Below, in pieces: positions 23,986 through 34,330 of a stretch of 35,156 nt of DNA (position 1 is the stretch's first letter; the number at the start of each line of letters is the position of its first letter). The stretch spans positions 47,204,527 to 47,239,682 of the forward strand of contig NC_057718.1 in assembly GCF_004010195.1 (NCBI RefSeq), given 5' to 3'. The DNA comes from Chiloscyllium plagiosum. Lineage: Eukaryota. The position numbers and the translations under genes are program-made. The notes under the pieces are model-generated. The model worked only from the letters and a program-made list of their open reading frames with translations. It had not been told where the DNA came from and searched no databases.

Positions 23986-24782
23986 GTCTTATCACAAGTT
24001 AGCTGGGAAGAATGTGGTAATCATCCTGCCCCAATGTTTGACGAGCATTCGCAAAATGTTTAAGTCCTATTTCAACAACCAAGATGACCAATTTGCCTGA
24101 CAGATATTCAGAACAAAAGCAATTCACACCAGGTTCCATTGTTAATAGAAAGTCATTCTATTTATTGTAAGACTTTAAATTTAACAAATGGCAGAGAAAA
24201 GAAAGGATTTCAATCTATTACTGTGTAATTTAAAATCCCAATATAGCTAAACACTCAGTCACAATTAAGACCGAAAAAAAGCAGACAGTTGGCATATTAT
24301 GGGTGGAGAGAAAAAAGACAAGGTAAGCAAAATTCCAAAAATGAAGTTTCCAGATTATGAGGGTGGCTTAAATTATTTTATACAGTTTCTTTTGATTTCA
24401 GCAATGATGACATCTGGTGTCTGGAAAGTAAAAGTTGTTCAATAGTTAATCCAATGGAGCTAGGTCTTTTCTTCCAAGAATTCTTTCTTCTCAATTTTGC
24501 TGTTTGCCCACATGGAGAGAGGGAGAGATTAATATTTTTGGTTTGCAGGCACTGGATATCTTAGCTTGGTCTTGCACTTAAAGTTTTACACCAAACTGTA
24601 ACTCAACCAATCAGAAGAGTGCTAACAGTCAGAATTTGCTTAACTCATAAGACTTTTGATGCAACTTTGCCAATTTCCATCAGGGTGTCAAAAAGTAACA
24701 TTATCTTGCTCAACTAAGAATAGGCAGTGCACAATCCCAGTTGTTTTGCTCAAGTTGCAAAATTCTCCTGGTATTGCAGCTA

Positions 24783-24972
24783 TACAGAGTCAGACAGCAT
24801 GAATCAGACCCTTTGATCCAACTCGTCCACACCAATTATACATTTCAATCTGACCTAGTTCCATTTGCCAACATTTGGCCCATATCCTTCTAAATCCTTC
24901 CTATTCATATACCTACCCAGATGCCTTTTAAATATTATATTCGTACCAACCTCCACCACTTTTTCCAGCAGC
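24783..24972 (-). mobile_element. CR1 3'-end fragment
   Basis: ACAGCATGAATCAGACCCTTTGATCCAACTCGTCCA..CCCATATCCTTCTAAA..CCTCCACCACTT is the reverse complement of the 23110-23290 tail. Confidence 0.85.
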
Positions 24973-25496
24973 CCAACTTCTCAAAAAAGAAAAATATTTG
25001 CTTTTTCTAAATCTGTACAAGCTGGATAGCTTGCACCAAACAGAGCCAGGCCTCAGTTCCTTGCAGGGCTTTTTTGCTAGTGGGTAGGGGAGACTTTAAA
25101 ATAAATTAGGTGGGTTGTGGGAGCCAGGAGAGAATATTAAACAGGAATACTAAGGTGCACAAGAAATTGGGAAAGACAATGCCACAACAGAATAGTAAGT
25201 TAATAGGCAAAGTTGAAATAGGGGAGAAATCAAAACATTCTAAACCAAGTTTCCATTGCGAGTATATAAGATTGCTGAGTTATTGGTGCAGACTGCCATC
25301 TGGATTTATAACGTTGTGGATACCATTATGACAGCAGGCCAAAATGAATTAGCCTCTATATCACTGGATGTGCAGCATATTGAATAGTTTAATTACACTG
25401 ATGCATTGCCCTATCGCTCCTAACTAGACTTCTAAGAATAATATCAGACTCCACGTGTATAACTTATACAGAAATTAACATATTGTTAATATATAT

Positions 25497-25828
25497 TAGC
25501 GGTCAAGTGGTATTATGATTGGAATATTAATCCAGAGACCCAGGTAATGTTCTGGGGTGCTGAATCCCACCGTGGCCGATGGTGGAATTTGAATTCAATA
25601 AATATCTAGAATTAAGAGTCTAATATTGACCATGAATCCATTGTCGATTGTCAGGAAAAACACATCTGGTTCACTTATGTCCTTTAGGGAAGGAAACTGC
25701 TATCCTTACCTGGTCTGGCCTACATGTGACTCCAGGCCCACAGCAATGTGGTTGACTCTTAACAATTAAGGATGGGCAATAAATGCTGGCCAAGCTAGCA
25801 GTGCCCTCATCCCATGAATGAATAAAAA
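25497..25828 (+). mobile_element. tRNA-derived SINE (family B), best-preserved copy
   Basis: ATCCAGAGACCCAGGTAATGTTCTGGGG..GAATCCCACC..; tail GGATGGGCAATAAATGCTGGCC..CATCCCATGAATGAATAAAA. Confidence 0.85.
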
Positions 25829-26560
25829 TGTATCTTTCACCAAGCAAAGCTAAACAAGTATACACTCTAATTAAGGTCTATGATTTAAACCCAATCTTCT
25901 TTGATCATTACCTCCAGACTCACATAGATGGACACAGTTAAGGGATACATTTAAAAGAAAATAAAAGAATTGTAATTCACCAGTTTGATAACCATTTCAA
26001 TGGTGAGTACCAGTTCTTCAGGGAATCTTTGAAAAATGTGTTATATTACAGGCACATAGGAATGCATCTTACTTGATTTCTGAAGTCTCCAGTCAATGCA
26101 ATCAGCTTCCAGCAGACTCCAAGGAATATTCATATGTTTCCTAGGAATTGAGATTATTTTCTCAGAAAATTCAACAATTCTTTAATTGGATATAAAACTC
26201 AAGAGAGTAAAACTCTGGAGTCTTTCTCTGTCCAAACACCCAGTTCAATCTATGGTTTCGCTTTTTTTTCAATATTCTCTGTTGTTAGCTGGACAGAACC
26301 TGCCTTGTCTTCATTGACCAATGCAACATCCAACCAGCTGCCAGTCCTTGAGCATACCACATCCTGGTAACAAAACGTTTGCAGAGTTCTTAGGATGATA
26401 ATCTGCATTTATCTTTCCAAGCCAGTTCCAATACCTATGTTTCAGTTTATGCTTTTTAAATGAAGCTGTTATTCGATGTTGAAAGTTTGATTTTCAACTT
26501 AAGCTCTCAGACCCAAATCAAAAATGAGAAAATAAAGAAAAAACAATGATGGTCTCAACA

Positions 26561-27290
26561 ATACAAGGCATTCAGGAGCAGAGTTCAAGGACAGAATAAT
26601 TTTGGGTAGAGCTAAGGAACAAAAAGTGCAATGACACTGTTCAGTGTAGTCTATAAGCTACTAAATACTGGGAAAGATGTACAGGAACTAATCTTCAAGG
26701 AAATTGAGAGGTACAAACAATGTAGAGTTGTTAGAATAGAGTACTTAATTATCTGAATGTAGACTGTGTAGAGTGGTAGTGTAAAGGGCAGAGAGGGGCA
26801 AGTGTTCCAAGATCATGTTCAGGAGAATTTTCTACTGTAGTATGTAGTCCAGATGACAGGAATGCAGGCATTATTCCTAGTTCTTGGGAAAGAGATGGGT
26901 CAAGTAGACCAAGTGTCAGTTGGGGAACATTTAGGGAACTGATCCTTGTATTATAAGATTTAGGATGACGATGCAGAAGAACAATGGATAATCCAGGGTA
27001 AGAAAAATTAACTGGGAAAACAGCTCACATCAATGTGAAAGGAAAGGAGTTTGGCCAAATAGACTGGAGCCAAAGGGTGGTGGGAGCAGTTGCAGCAGAG
27101 TAATGGTCTTCCTTCAAAGAGGAGATGATTCAGCTACTGTCAAAATGTATTCCCTCAGAAAGGTAGAGTTCTCTGGATGAAAATTGATGTAGGAATTAAG
27201 ATAAAGAAGAGAAAGTGCATTTATGATAAAGGGTTGGGTAATAAATACTGCTGAGGACTAGGCTGAAAATAGAAGGTTCAGAAGCATTTT
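26561..27290 (+). mobile_element. Degenerate CR1 ORF2 endonuclease-region fragment (continuation of 23600-23985 and ~25040-25320)
   Basis: WVELRNKK, VVY, ENFL..YV and VSVGEHLGN..DP motif remnants. Confidence 0.55.
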
Positions 27291-27299
27291 TAACTGATG

Positions 27300-28437
27300 C
27301 AGGGAAAAATATACATTTTGAGGCAACAAGTGAGGTTTGATAACTGAACAGACCCCATTATACTTTGGCAGAAAGACCTTAGATGGTTGTCTTTCCCCAC
27401 TGCATCTTGGCAGCAGTTGCCCCAAGCTTTAATGCATAATCCAGGGCCTTGGAATGTGCTGGTCTGCAACACGTGGTTGGGGTCAACTTTTTACAGAGGA
27501 ACCTCGATTATCCAAATATCAATTATCCAAATATCGGATTATGCGAAGGAGATCTCGAGGTCCTGATAGAAACATTATATCAAAGACATGTTTCCAACAC
27601 TGATTGCATCTTTTATTTACAGTGATTAAATGCTGCCGAGTACAGTCCTGAACTAAGGAGAGGCCAGGCACCATCTCCACATTAACTGACCGCCCGCAGT
27701 CTCTCTCTCTCGCCCCCCCTCCCCCCTCACACTTTCCCTGGAGTTCTACACAGGCACGTACCCTGAAACCCCCCTTCTCCAGATAATCTCTCCAACATTG
27801 TCCTGTACAGGGCAAAGGTGGAACCTGTCAAAAAGTTGTAGTAAAATGTGCTATTTGGAGACTCATCTCTCAAAAGGCAGCAGCAGCAGTCTTGTTGGTG
27901 TCCAGTCCAACTGCCACGGAGACGGGGCAGGTGCATGGGGGTGGGGGGGGTGGACAGGGGGCAGTGTTGGACTGGTTTGGGGAACAGGCGCAGTAGGGGG
28001 GGTCACGCACAGTGTGCTGCTGCCTAGTCTCTTGAACAGGGTGTGGACTTAACAGAAAACTCCGAGCCCCAGCGGAAAGGCATTGAATCAATTAACTGAA
28101 TAATCAATTATCCGAACGAAATAGTGCCTGCCCATCTCGTTCGGATAATTGAGGTTCCTCTGTACTCTAGAAGGCCAACATGTTTCAGGTAGACCAATGA
28201 GCATCTTTCACAGAGTTGATGGTCGTCCAAGCGCAGTTAATGTGTGTCTTGGAGTGTGTCCCGGGAAACAGGCTGCAGAGTCCTACATCACAGAACTGCT
28301 TGCAATGAAAGTTAACAAAAACCACTGCATCTTTCTTCTAACCTTCTTTGCAAAGGTGCATTCCAGACAGAGGTGTGTGACAGTCTCTCCGCTCAGCTGC
28401 TTGGAGGGAAGTGAGCAGTTCTGGAGGGAGTCCAGAC
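27300..28437 (-). mobile_element. Tx1/L1-clade LINE ORF2 3' part, split by a MITE and cut by the gap
   Basis: Minus strand reads ETVTHLCLECTFAKKV (zf-RVT-like knuckle), FPGTHSKTHINCAWTTINSVKDAHWST, then after the MITE CCRPAHSKALDYALKLGATAAKMQWGKTTI*. Confidence 0.75.
27494..28162. mobile_element. Tigger/pogo-type (Tc1/mariner superfamily) non-autonomous MITE, 669 bp
   Basis: TIRs CAGAGGAACCTCGATTATCCAAA / TTCGGATAATTGAGGTTCCTCTG (21 of 23 match), TA on both sides (27492-27493, 28163-28164). Confidence 0.9.
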
Positions 28438-28937
28438 NNNNNNNNNNNNNNNNNNNNNNNNNNNNNNNNNNNNNNNNNNNNNNNNNNNNNNNNNNNNNNN
28501 NNNNNNNNNNNNNNNNNNNNNNNNNNNNNNNNNNNNNNNNNNNNNNNNNNNNNNNNNNNNNNNNNNNNNNNNNNNNNNNNNNNNNNNNNNNNNNNNNNNN
28601 NNNNNNNNNNNNNNNNNNNNNNNNNNNNNNNNNNNNNNNNNNNNNNNNNNNNNNNNNNNNNNNNNNNNNNNNNNNNNNNNNNNNNNNNNNNNNNNNNNNN
28701 NNNNNNNNNNNNNNNNNNNNNNNNNNNNNNNNNNNNNNNNNNNNNNNNNNNNNNNNNNNNNNNNNNNNNNNNNNNNNNNNNNNNNNNNNNNNNNNNNNNN
28801 NNNNNNNNNNNNNNNNNNNNNNNNNNNNNNNNNNNNNNNNNNNNNNNNNNNNNNNNNNNNNNNNNNNNNNNNNNNNNNNNNNNNNNNNNNNNNNNNNNNN
28901 NNNNNNNNNNNNNNNNNNNNNNNNNNNNNNNNNNNNN
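28438..28937. other. Assembly gap, 500 N
   Basis: Run of exactly 500 N, probably a fixed-size scaffolding gap. Confidence 0.99.
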
Positions 28938-29127
28938 AGCACAGCAGGTCAGGCAGCATCCGAGGAGCAGGAATGATTCAACTTTCCTGATGAAGGGTTT
29001 TTGCACGAAACATCGATTTTCCTGCTCCTCGGATGCTGCCTGACTTGCTGTGCTTTTCCAGCACCATTCTAATCTTGAATTTAATCTTGACTCTAATCTC
29101 CAGCATCTGCAGTACTCACTTTCGCCT
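28938..29127 (+). mobile_element. Fold-back Penelope-related short element with a degenerate hammerhead motif in its loop
   Basis: 36-bp arms 28938-28973 and 29019-29054; loop contains CTGATGA-A-GGGT-TTTT-GCAC-GAAACATC. Confidence 0.7.
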
Positions 29128-29644
29128 TTTAATAAACTACCGATGCACCGAAAAATTTGACAACATTCTGTGCAAGGAAACCAGAAGGAACAATGAGTGT
29201 GTGTGTATATATCTATATATTATATATCTTCCTATATGAAGTTGACTTTTTAATTTTAAATAACATCAACGAACGTCGTTAAATAGACACGACATTTTTA
29301 AAAAAGTTATGAACATGTAAGGCCGATTCACAAAATAAAAATGAACATGCCCTCCGGTATTTGAGTGCTTTAGGGTGCTCATAACCATGACATCACTTTC
29401 ACAGTAGTTATTTTGAGTGATTTTACAGTTATTATGTGAAGAATCAGTTCCGGGCATGATTAATTCCATGTTACTCTTTATCCTTTCCGAGGGAGTCATT
29501 TACTTGAGAGTCTGAAACAATGACCTGTCACTCAACTGTTTCCAAATAACCCCGGCGCTCTAGTTGCCTGAGAGTTTAATGTGGAATATAGCGACATTTT
29601 CGAGCAAATAAAGTTTAGACTTCATACTTGCAGTAAATCAAAAG

Positions 29645-29830
29645 GAAAATACAGCGAATGCGGGAAATTTGAAATACAAACTAAGTACTGGAGAAGCGCA
29701 GCAGGTCGGCAGCATCTGTGGAGAGTAAAGAGTTAACATTTCGAGTCATATTAAACGTTAACTCTGTTCTCGCTCCAAGATACCGTCTAACCTGCAGAAT
29801 ATCTCCAGCACTTTCTCTTTTTACTTCAAA
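29645..29830. mobile_element. Degenerate fold-back element related to 28938-29127
   Basis: CTGGAGA..GCAGGTCGGCAGCATCTGTGGAGAG..GAGTTAACATTT / AAACGTTAACTCTG..CTCCAAGAT..AACCTGC..TCTCCAG inverted arms. Confidence 0.6.
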
Positions 29831-29959
29831 TTTGGAGGGTGGCCCGTCAAAACAATGACTTTCAGTAATTGCTAACGTTAATTAAGTTTGAATAGTCCTG
29901 TGAATTGGAGGCAGACCACCCTTTTTTTTGAGATTCCTTCTAGCCTTAAAGATAAGCCA

Positions 29960-30145
29960 CAGCACGTGACTTACTGCAATGTTGCGAGCACATTCCAAGA
30001 AAATGTTTTCTGACAAAGTGAAACTCTCAGAACTGCTTTTAGTTTTATAATTGCATCACACACAAAAAAGGTTTCCTGAACTCAATTACGGGCAGCAGTA
30101 CTCGCCTCTAGATCTTAAGATCAGTTTCAATGGGAAATCCGGGTG
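29960..30145 (+). promoter_or_regulatory. Putative BATF3 proximal promoter motif cluster
   Basis: E-box CACGTGAC 29963-29970; GAS TTCCAAGAA 29993-30001; IRF-E-like AAAGTGAAACT 30015-30025; TTTATAA ~30044; C/EBP-ATF site ATTGCATCA 30050-30058; kB-like GGGAAATCC 30132-30140; locally raised CpG. Confidence 0.55.
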
Positions 30146-30230
30146 ATTGATAGCAAGCTGCTTTCGAATCTCCTCTTGCATTCGGTTATTGCTGTCTCTC
30201 TTTGCACGTATGTGCTCACGTATGTGTGTC

Positions 30231-30305
30231 ATGTCTGAAGTAAACTCTCCAAGATTAATTGTGCATAGTCCAGCAAACGACAGCTCCACAGACCGGGAAT
30301 CGCAG
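30231..30305 (+). CDS. BATF3: BATF3 first coding exon (MSEVNSPRLIVHSPANDSSTDRESQ)
   Basis: GTC-ATG-T start context, donor CAG|GTCAGT, phase 0 into the next exon; in-frame upstream ATGs at 30210 and 30222 are alternatives. Confidence 0.75.
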
Positions 30306-30417
30306 GTCAGTAGAAAATATGTTCCCAATCTGGTTGCAATTCCGCAGTGTCCCGGCTGACTATCGCTTTTTGTTCGAAAGCACATTTTCAAATCAAAATC
30401 GCATGTTTGAACTTTAG

Positions 30418-30522
30418 GACTTTGGAAGCGATAACAAGAGGCTTCGGAGAAGAGAGAAAAACCGAATTGCCGCGCAAAGAAGTCGGAAGAAACAGACGCA
30501 GAAAGCAGATAAACTACACGAG
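30418..30522 (+). CDS. BATF3: BATF3 exon 2, bZIP basic region (105 nt)
   Basis: Acceptor gaactttAG, donor GAG|GTAAAA; DFGSDNKRLRRREKNRIAAQRSRKKQTQKADKLHE matches BATF3 (RRREKNRVAAQRSRKKQTQKADKLHE) better than BATF (..KADTLHL); lies downstream of NSL1 as in mammals. Confidence 0.93.
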
Positions 30523-31499
30523 GTAAAATGCAGAGGAACAGATCTGGCAGTAGTCGGGCCTTTGAATTTTATCTCCTTCATAACAGTATGCAAATAGTGA
30601 TTAGCAATAAAACTAATCGTTAGTGAATACGGTGCGGTTAGACATAACAAAATGTTGTTATCAAAAATTAATTTGCACTTCTTGGCATTTTTTGATCCTT
30701 AGATACGTAACCTTTAATATTAAAAACAAACTCTATTGTGATTATCTGGTCGTCAGTTATTTAAGTAAATTTCATCAAAATTGTAAAGCTGAAACGTGAA
30801 ATTTAAGTAGACAAAACAATACCCTGAGTTCATTGACTGTTTCTGAGATTTGCTTAAACATTTCCTGCTAACCTGTGAGGAATTTTCTTGCATCTGATTT
30901 ACGGTATCTGGACTGCACATTTGCAAACCACAGTATTTAAAGATTCGTGGGAGAGAGTTAAATGCAAATCGAGCTAGGTTTCTGAGTAATAAAGCCTAAG
31001 ATAGCCTTGTCCCTGTAGCTTAATTGACCTGATTCGCCCCAACTAAAGATGTGACCGTTTGGGGCAAATGTTCACAGCTACATCACTCGTACTCAATAGT
31101 CAGTTAAAATATCCTGAGCTCTTCACACCTTCTGTATCAGTTTATACAAGCTTTGTCTTCTCTGATTCCTTATTCAGCTTATAGTATTTATTCAAAATTA
31201 TACACTTAAATGTAATACTGCCTGGCAATAACGTTAACAAGTTAGTTGGAATTGTGAAGCATATAGTCCTATTTCCTTTGTGGATTTAACAAAAATGCAA
31301 TTTCTTAGAAATGTATGCTGATCAGAGTGATATCTTCACTGATGCAGGAATCTTTCATCTTTTTCGCTTTTGTAACCATGTGAATCATTTCCAGATCTGC
31401 TAAAGCGTGGGTTACAAATAGTATATAGTTTAATATAAGATATGCTCACAATCAATATGAAAACCTTATTACTCTTGTTAATCATTCTTGGCCATTAAT

Positions 31500-31690
31500 G
31501 ACAAAGTTGGTAGTCAGGTTCAATTAGGAAAGCAAATGGTGTGTTTGTCTTCATCACAGAAGTATTGGAGAATAAAGTAAAGAAATCTTACTGCAATTGT
31601 ATTGGACTTTCATGGGACTGCAGTTTTAGTCTCCTTAACTAAAGAAGGATTTACTTCCCTCTAAGAATGCAGCAAAGGTTTACCTCTGAC
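31500..31690 (+). mobile_element. Old CR1 fragment
   Basis: AGGAAAGCAAATGGTGTGTT..CTGCAATTGTAT..GCAGTTTTAGTCTCCTT..GCAGCAAAGGTTTAC correspond to KANG.L / LQLY / QFWSP / QQRFT. Confidence 0.55.
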
Positions 31691-32126
31691 TTAAAAATCA
31701 AGGTCATTATATTTGTAGACCTTTTATCTTTGTGAAGTATTAAAACATGTGGCAATGTTAATTAGTGGTTCGTAGCTTCAGTAACAAGGAATTCTGAATA
31801 CTAATCTAAGTAGGGCATCTTTATGTACCACTTCCACAGAAATTAGAGCACAGAAAATGATTATTTGGCTCATCTAGTCCATATTGCATTCAGTTTTCCT
31901 GTCATGTTTCTCCATCTCAGTTTGTCAACATATTTCAAATTACTTCCCATATATTTGTCTAACTTCCCCTTAACTGTCTTGAACCTGTTTCATTGAACCA
32001 TTTCTGTGATGTGAAAAGTTCCATATTTTCCATATTCACGGAACAAAATGTTTTCTTCTAAATGTCTTTTCGATTACTGTCTTATTAATTTTGGTTGCCA
32101 CAAATTTTGGAAGCTTTTTCTTCATA

Positions 32127-32300
32127 TTAGAATTAGGTTTATTGTCACATGTATTCAAGTACAGTGATGCAGGAGTACAGTGAAAAGTGTACAAATTTGC
32201 AATTCTTCAGTCATCTTAGGTACAAATTTGCCATCTTAGGTACAAAGGTACCTAGGTACAAAATCTTATGTATAAAGGAGAAAATAAAGAAATAAAATTA
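32127..32300 (-). repeat. Antisense retroelement-like tail with short tandem CTTAGGTACAAA repeats
   Basis: TTTATTGTCACATG at ~32138; about four (CAT)CTTAGGTACAAA-like units at 32212-32276. Confidence 0.45.
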
Positions 32301-33439
32301 AAAGTTTAGCATTACAGTTTTTCTTAAGTGCTTAGCCATGGGCATTCACCCCAGAGACCATCACCAGCATGAGTCCCTTCACTGTACTATGCTACAGAAC
32401 TCTGTTGCTATTCTTCAATGCCATCTTGCCTCTTCCAATGATGTCGCTGCCATGAGATCACACTGGGATGGATGCTATCCACAGAATGTAAGTAATGTTA
32501 ACATATTTTTTAAAAAGCAGAGAAAGAAACAAAGTATAAAAGCAGGTGAAGGAGACGAGTCTGTCCAGAGTTGGGCTCCATCTCCAATCCATGCTGTGCT
32601 CTGACTCTGGTCCATGCTGGGCTCCAAATTGGGATCTACACCAGGCTTCACCACAAGTTCGCACTGGACTTCTGCACTGTCTACACTGGTAAACCCTTTA
32701 ACACATTTAATAATGTCAATCAGGTCACTCCTCGCCCCTCTCATTAAACAAGGAAAGATGCCAAACCCCACCACCACCACCAATGTTTTCCCATGTTATG
32801 ATCTCCGAGGCTTTGTTAATGCATGGGAGGGTAACCTGGAATGTAGCACAGGATAGAGTTGCTAGTTGGATCATACTTGTGAAGCTTCCTTTGTCTTCAG
32901 AGCTACTTTTGATAAATTCCAATCCGTCCCAAAAAAACTACTAATTGGCCGTCTGCTATTTACTCTTTCTTCCATTATAACATACTAACTGAATGAATGA
33001 ATTTGTTCTGCTAATAGGTTATCAATCTGAAACATTAACTCTGCTTTTCTCCAAATATTTGCTTGTCTTGCTTAGTATCTTCAGTGGGGTTTTTTTCATT
33101 TCTGCTGTTTATTTTTATATTCAGTTAATTTACTGTTTGATTATTTAATAAATAAGATCTCACTTCAGTTATTTTTCTTTGAGATTTTATCATCCTTCGA
33201 ATTTAGACACCTTAAAAGATGTAACATGACAAGTCTTAAACTTTTAATTATGCACATGTATCTTCTCTTACTTTACCTATGTAAAATCAGGACAAAATAC
33301 ATTTTCCTCAAAGGGCATCTTTAATATTGTAGTATAGATAAAATGTATAATTAATATTGTAACAGAAGCAAAGGAATCTCCCACTTCCAAAGCTCATTTA
33401 GAAATATAATTTTTCCAGTCCTTTATGGAATTTGGCCAT

Positions 33440-34322
33440 TACCTGCAAGATCAGCATTTGGGAATTCCAGAACTTAACCCCACAACAGTGAAGGAACACC
33501 AATATATTTCTTAGTCTCAGTTGTTTGTGTAACTTGGGGAAAGTTTGCAGGTGGTGGTGTTCCTATAGTGATAATCCTGTCCTTGTTCTTCTTGGTGATC
33601 CTCTTCTTGGCATTTCTCTTTGGATGCAGATTTTAGGAATATTGTCCTCATTGGTTTCAAGCCTGCAGTTTCTCCAGCAGTAGGTGCAGGATGGAGGTGT
33701 TGTCACTGCTGAGAACAATTGAATTGATACTTCTCTTCCAAGCTGGTTCTTGACTTGTAAAGATCTCTGTAGCACTCCTACTATAGTATCTCTAAGCATC
33801 TATCGCTTCTCACTGTCAGTGGTCGATGTGACATGCAGAGGAACTTCTTCAAGGAGTTATTTGTGTCTGGGGCAACAATAAAAGAAGGGCAATATATTCC
33901 AGTCTTGATGGTGTGTGACAACAGGGAGGGAGGGATCTTGCAGCTGGTGCTGTTCTGGTGTTGGTGATGGTGCTTTTTATCTTCCAAGTGATGGACATCA
34001 TAGATTTGGAAGTTGCTGTTAAAGGAATTTTAGAAAGTTTCTGCAGTGCATCTTTCAGCCAATATGCATCAGTGTTAGAGGAGTAAATGTTTAAGGTTGT
34101 GTATGAGGTATCAAGCAAGAAAGCTGCTTTGTTCTGAATGGTCCTGAGGTTCGTGAATGTTGTTTAAATTCATCCATCAGGCAAGTCGGGAGTATTCAGT
34201 GACACCCCTATCCTGTTTCCTGTGGATGATGGACAGGTTTTAGGGAATGAGAAAATGGATTATTCACACAGAATTATCAGTTTATGATCTGCTTGTATAA
34301 CAACAGTATTTATGTGGCTGGT
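33440..34322 (-). mobile_element. Degenerate CR1/L2-type LINE 3' fragments
   Basis: TTGCAGGTGGTGGTGTTCC, CTGCTTTGTTCTGAATGG, CATCAGGCAAGTCGGGAGTATTC; collinear with 8800-9260 and 16990-17290. Confidence 0.55.
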
Positions 34323-34330
34323 ACAGAGCA

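Noticed and set aside
28149..29043. Long ORFs of 188-275 aa
   Set aside because: Artefacts of reading through the 500-N gap.
32212..32276. CRISPR-like spaced repeats
   Set aside because: Eukaryotic context, units ~12-20 nt, no unique spacers; a simple tandem duplication.
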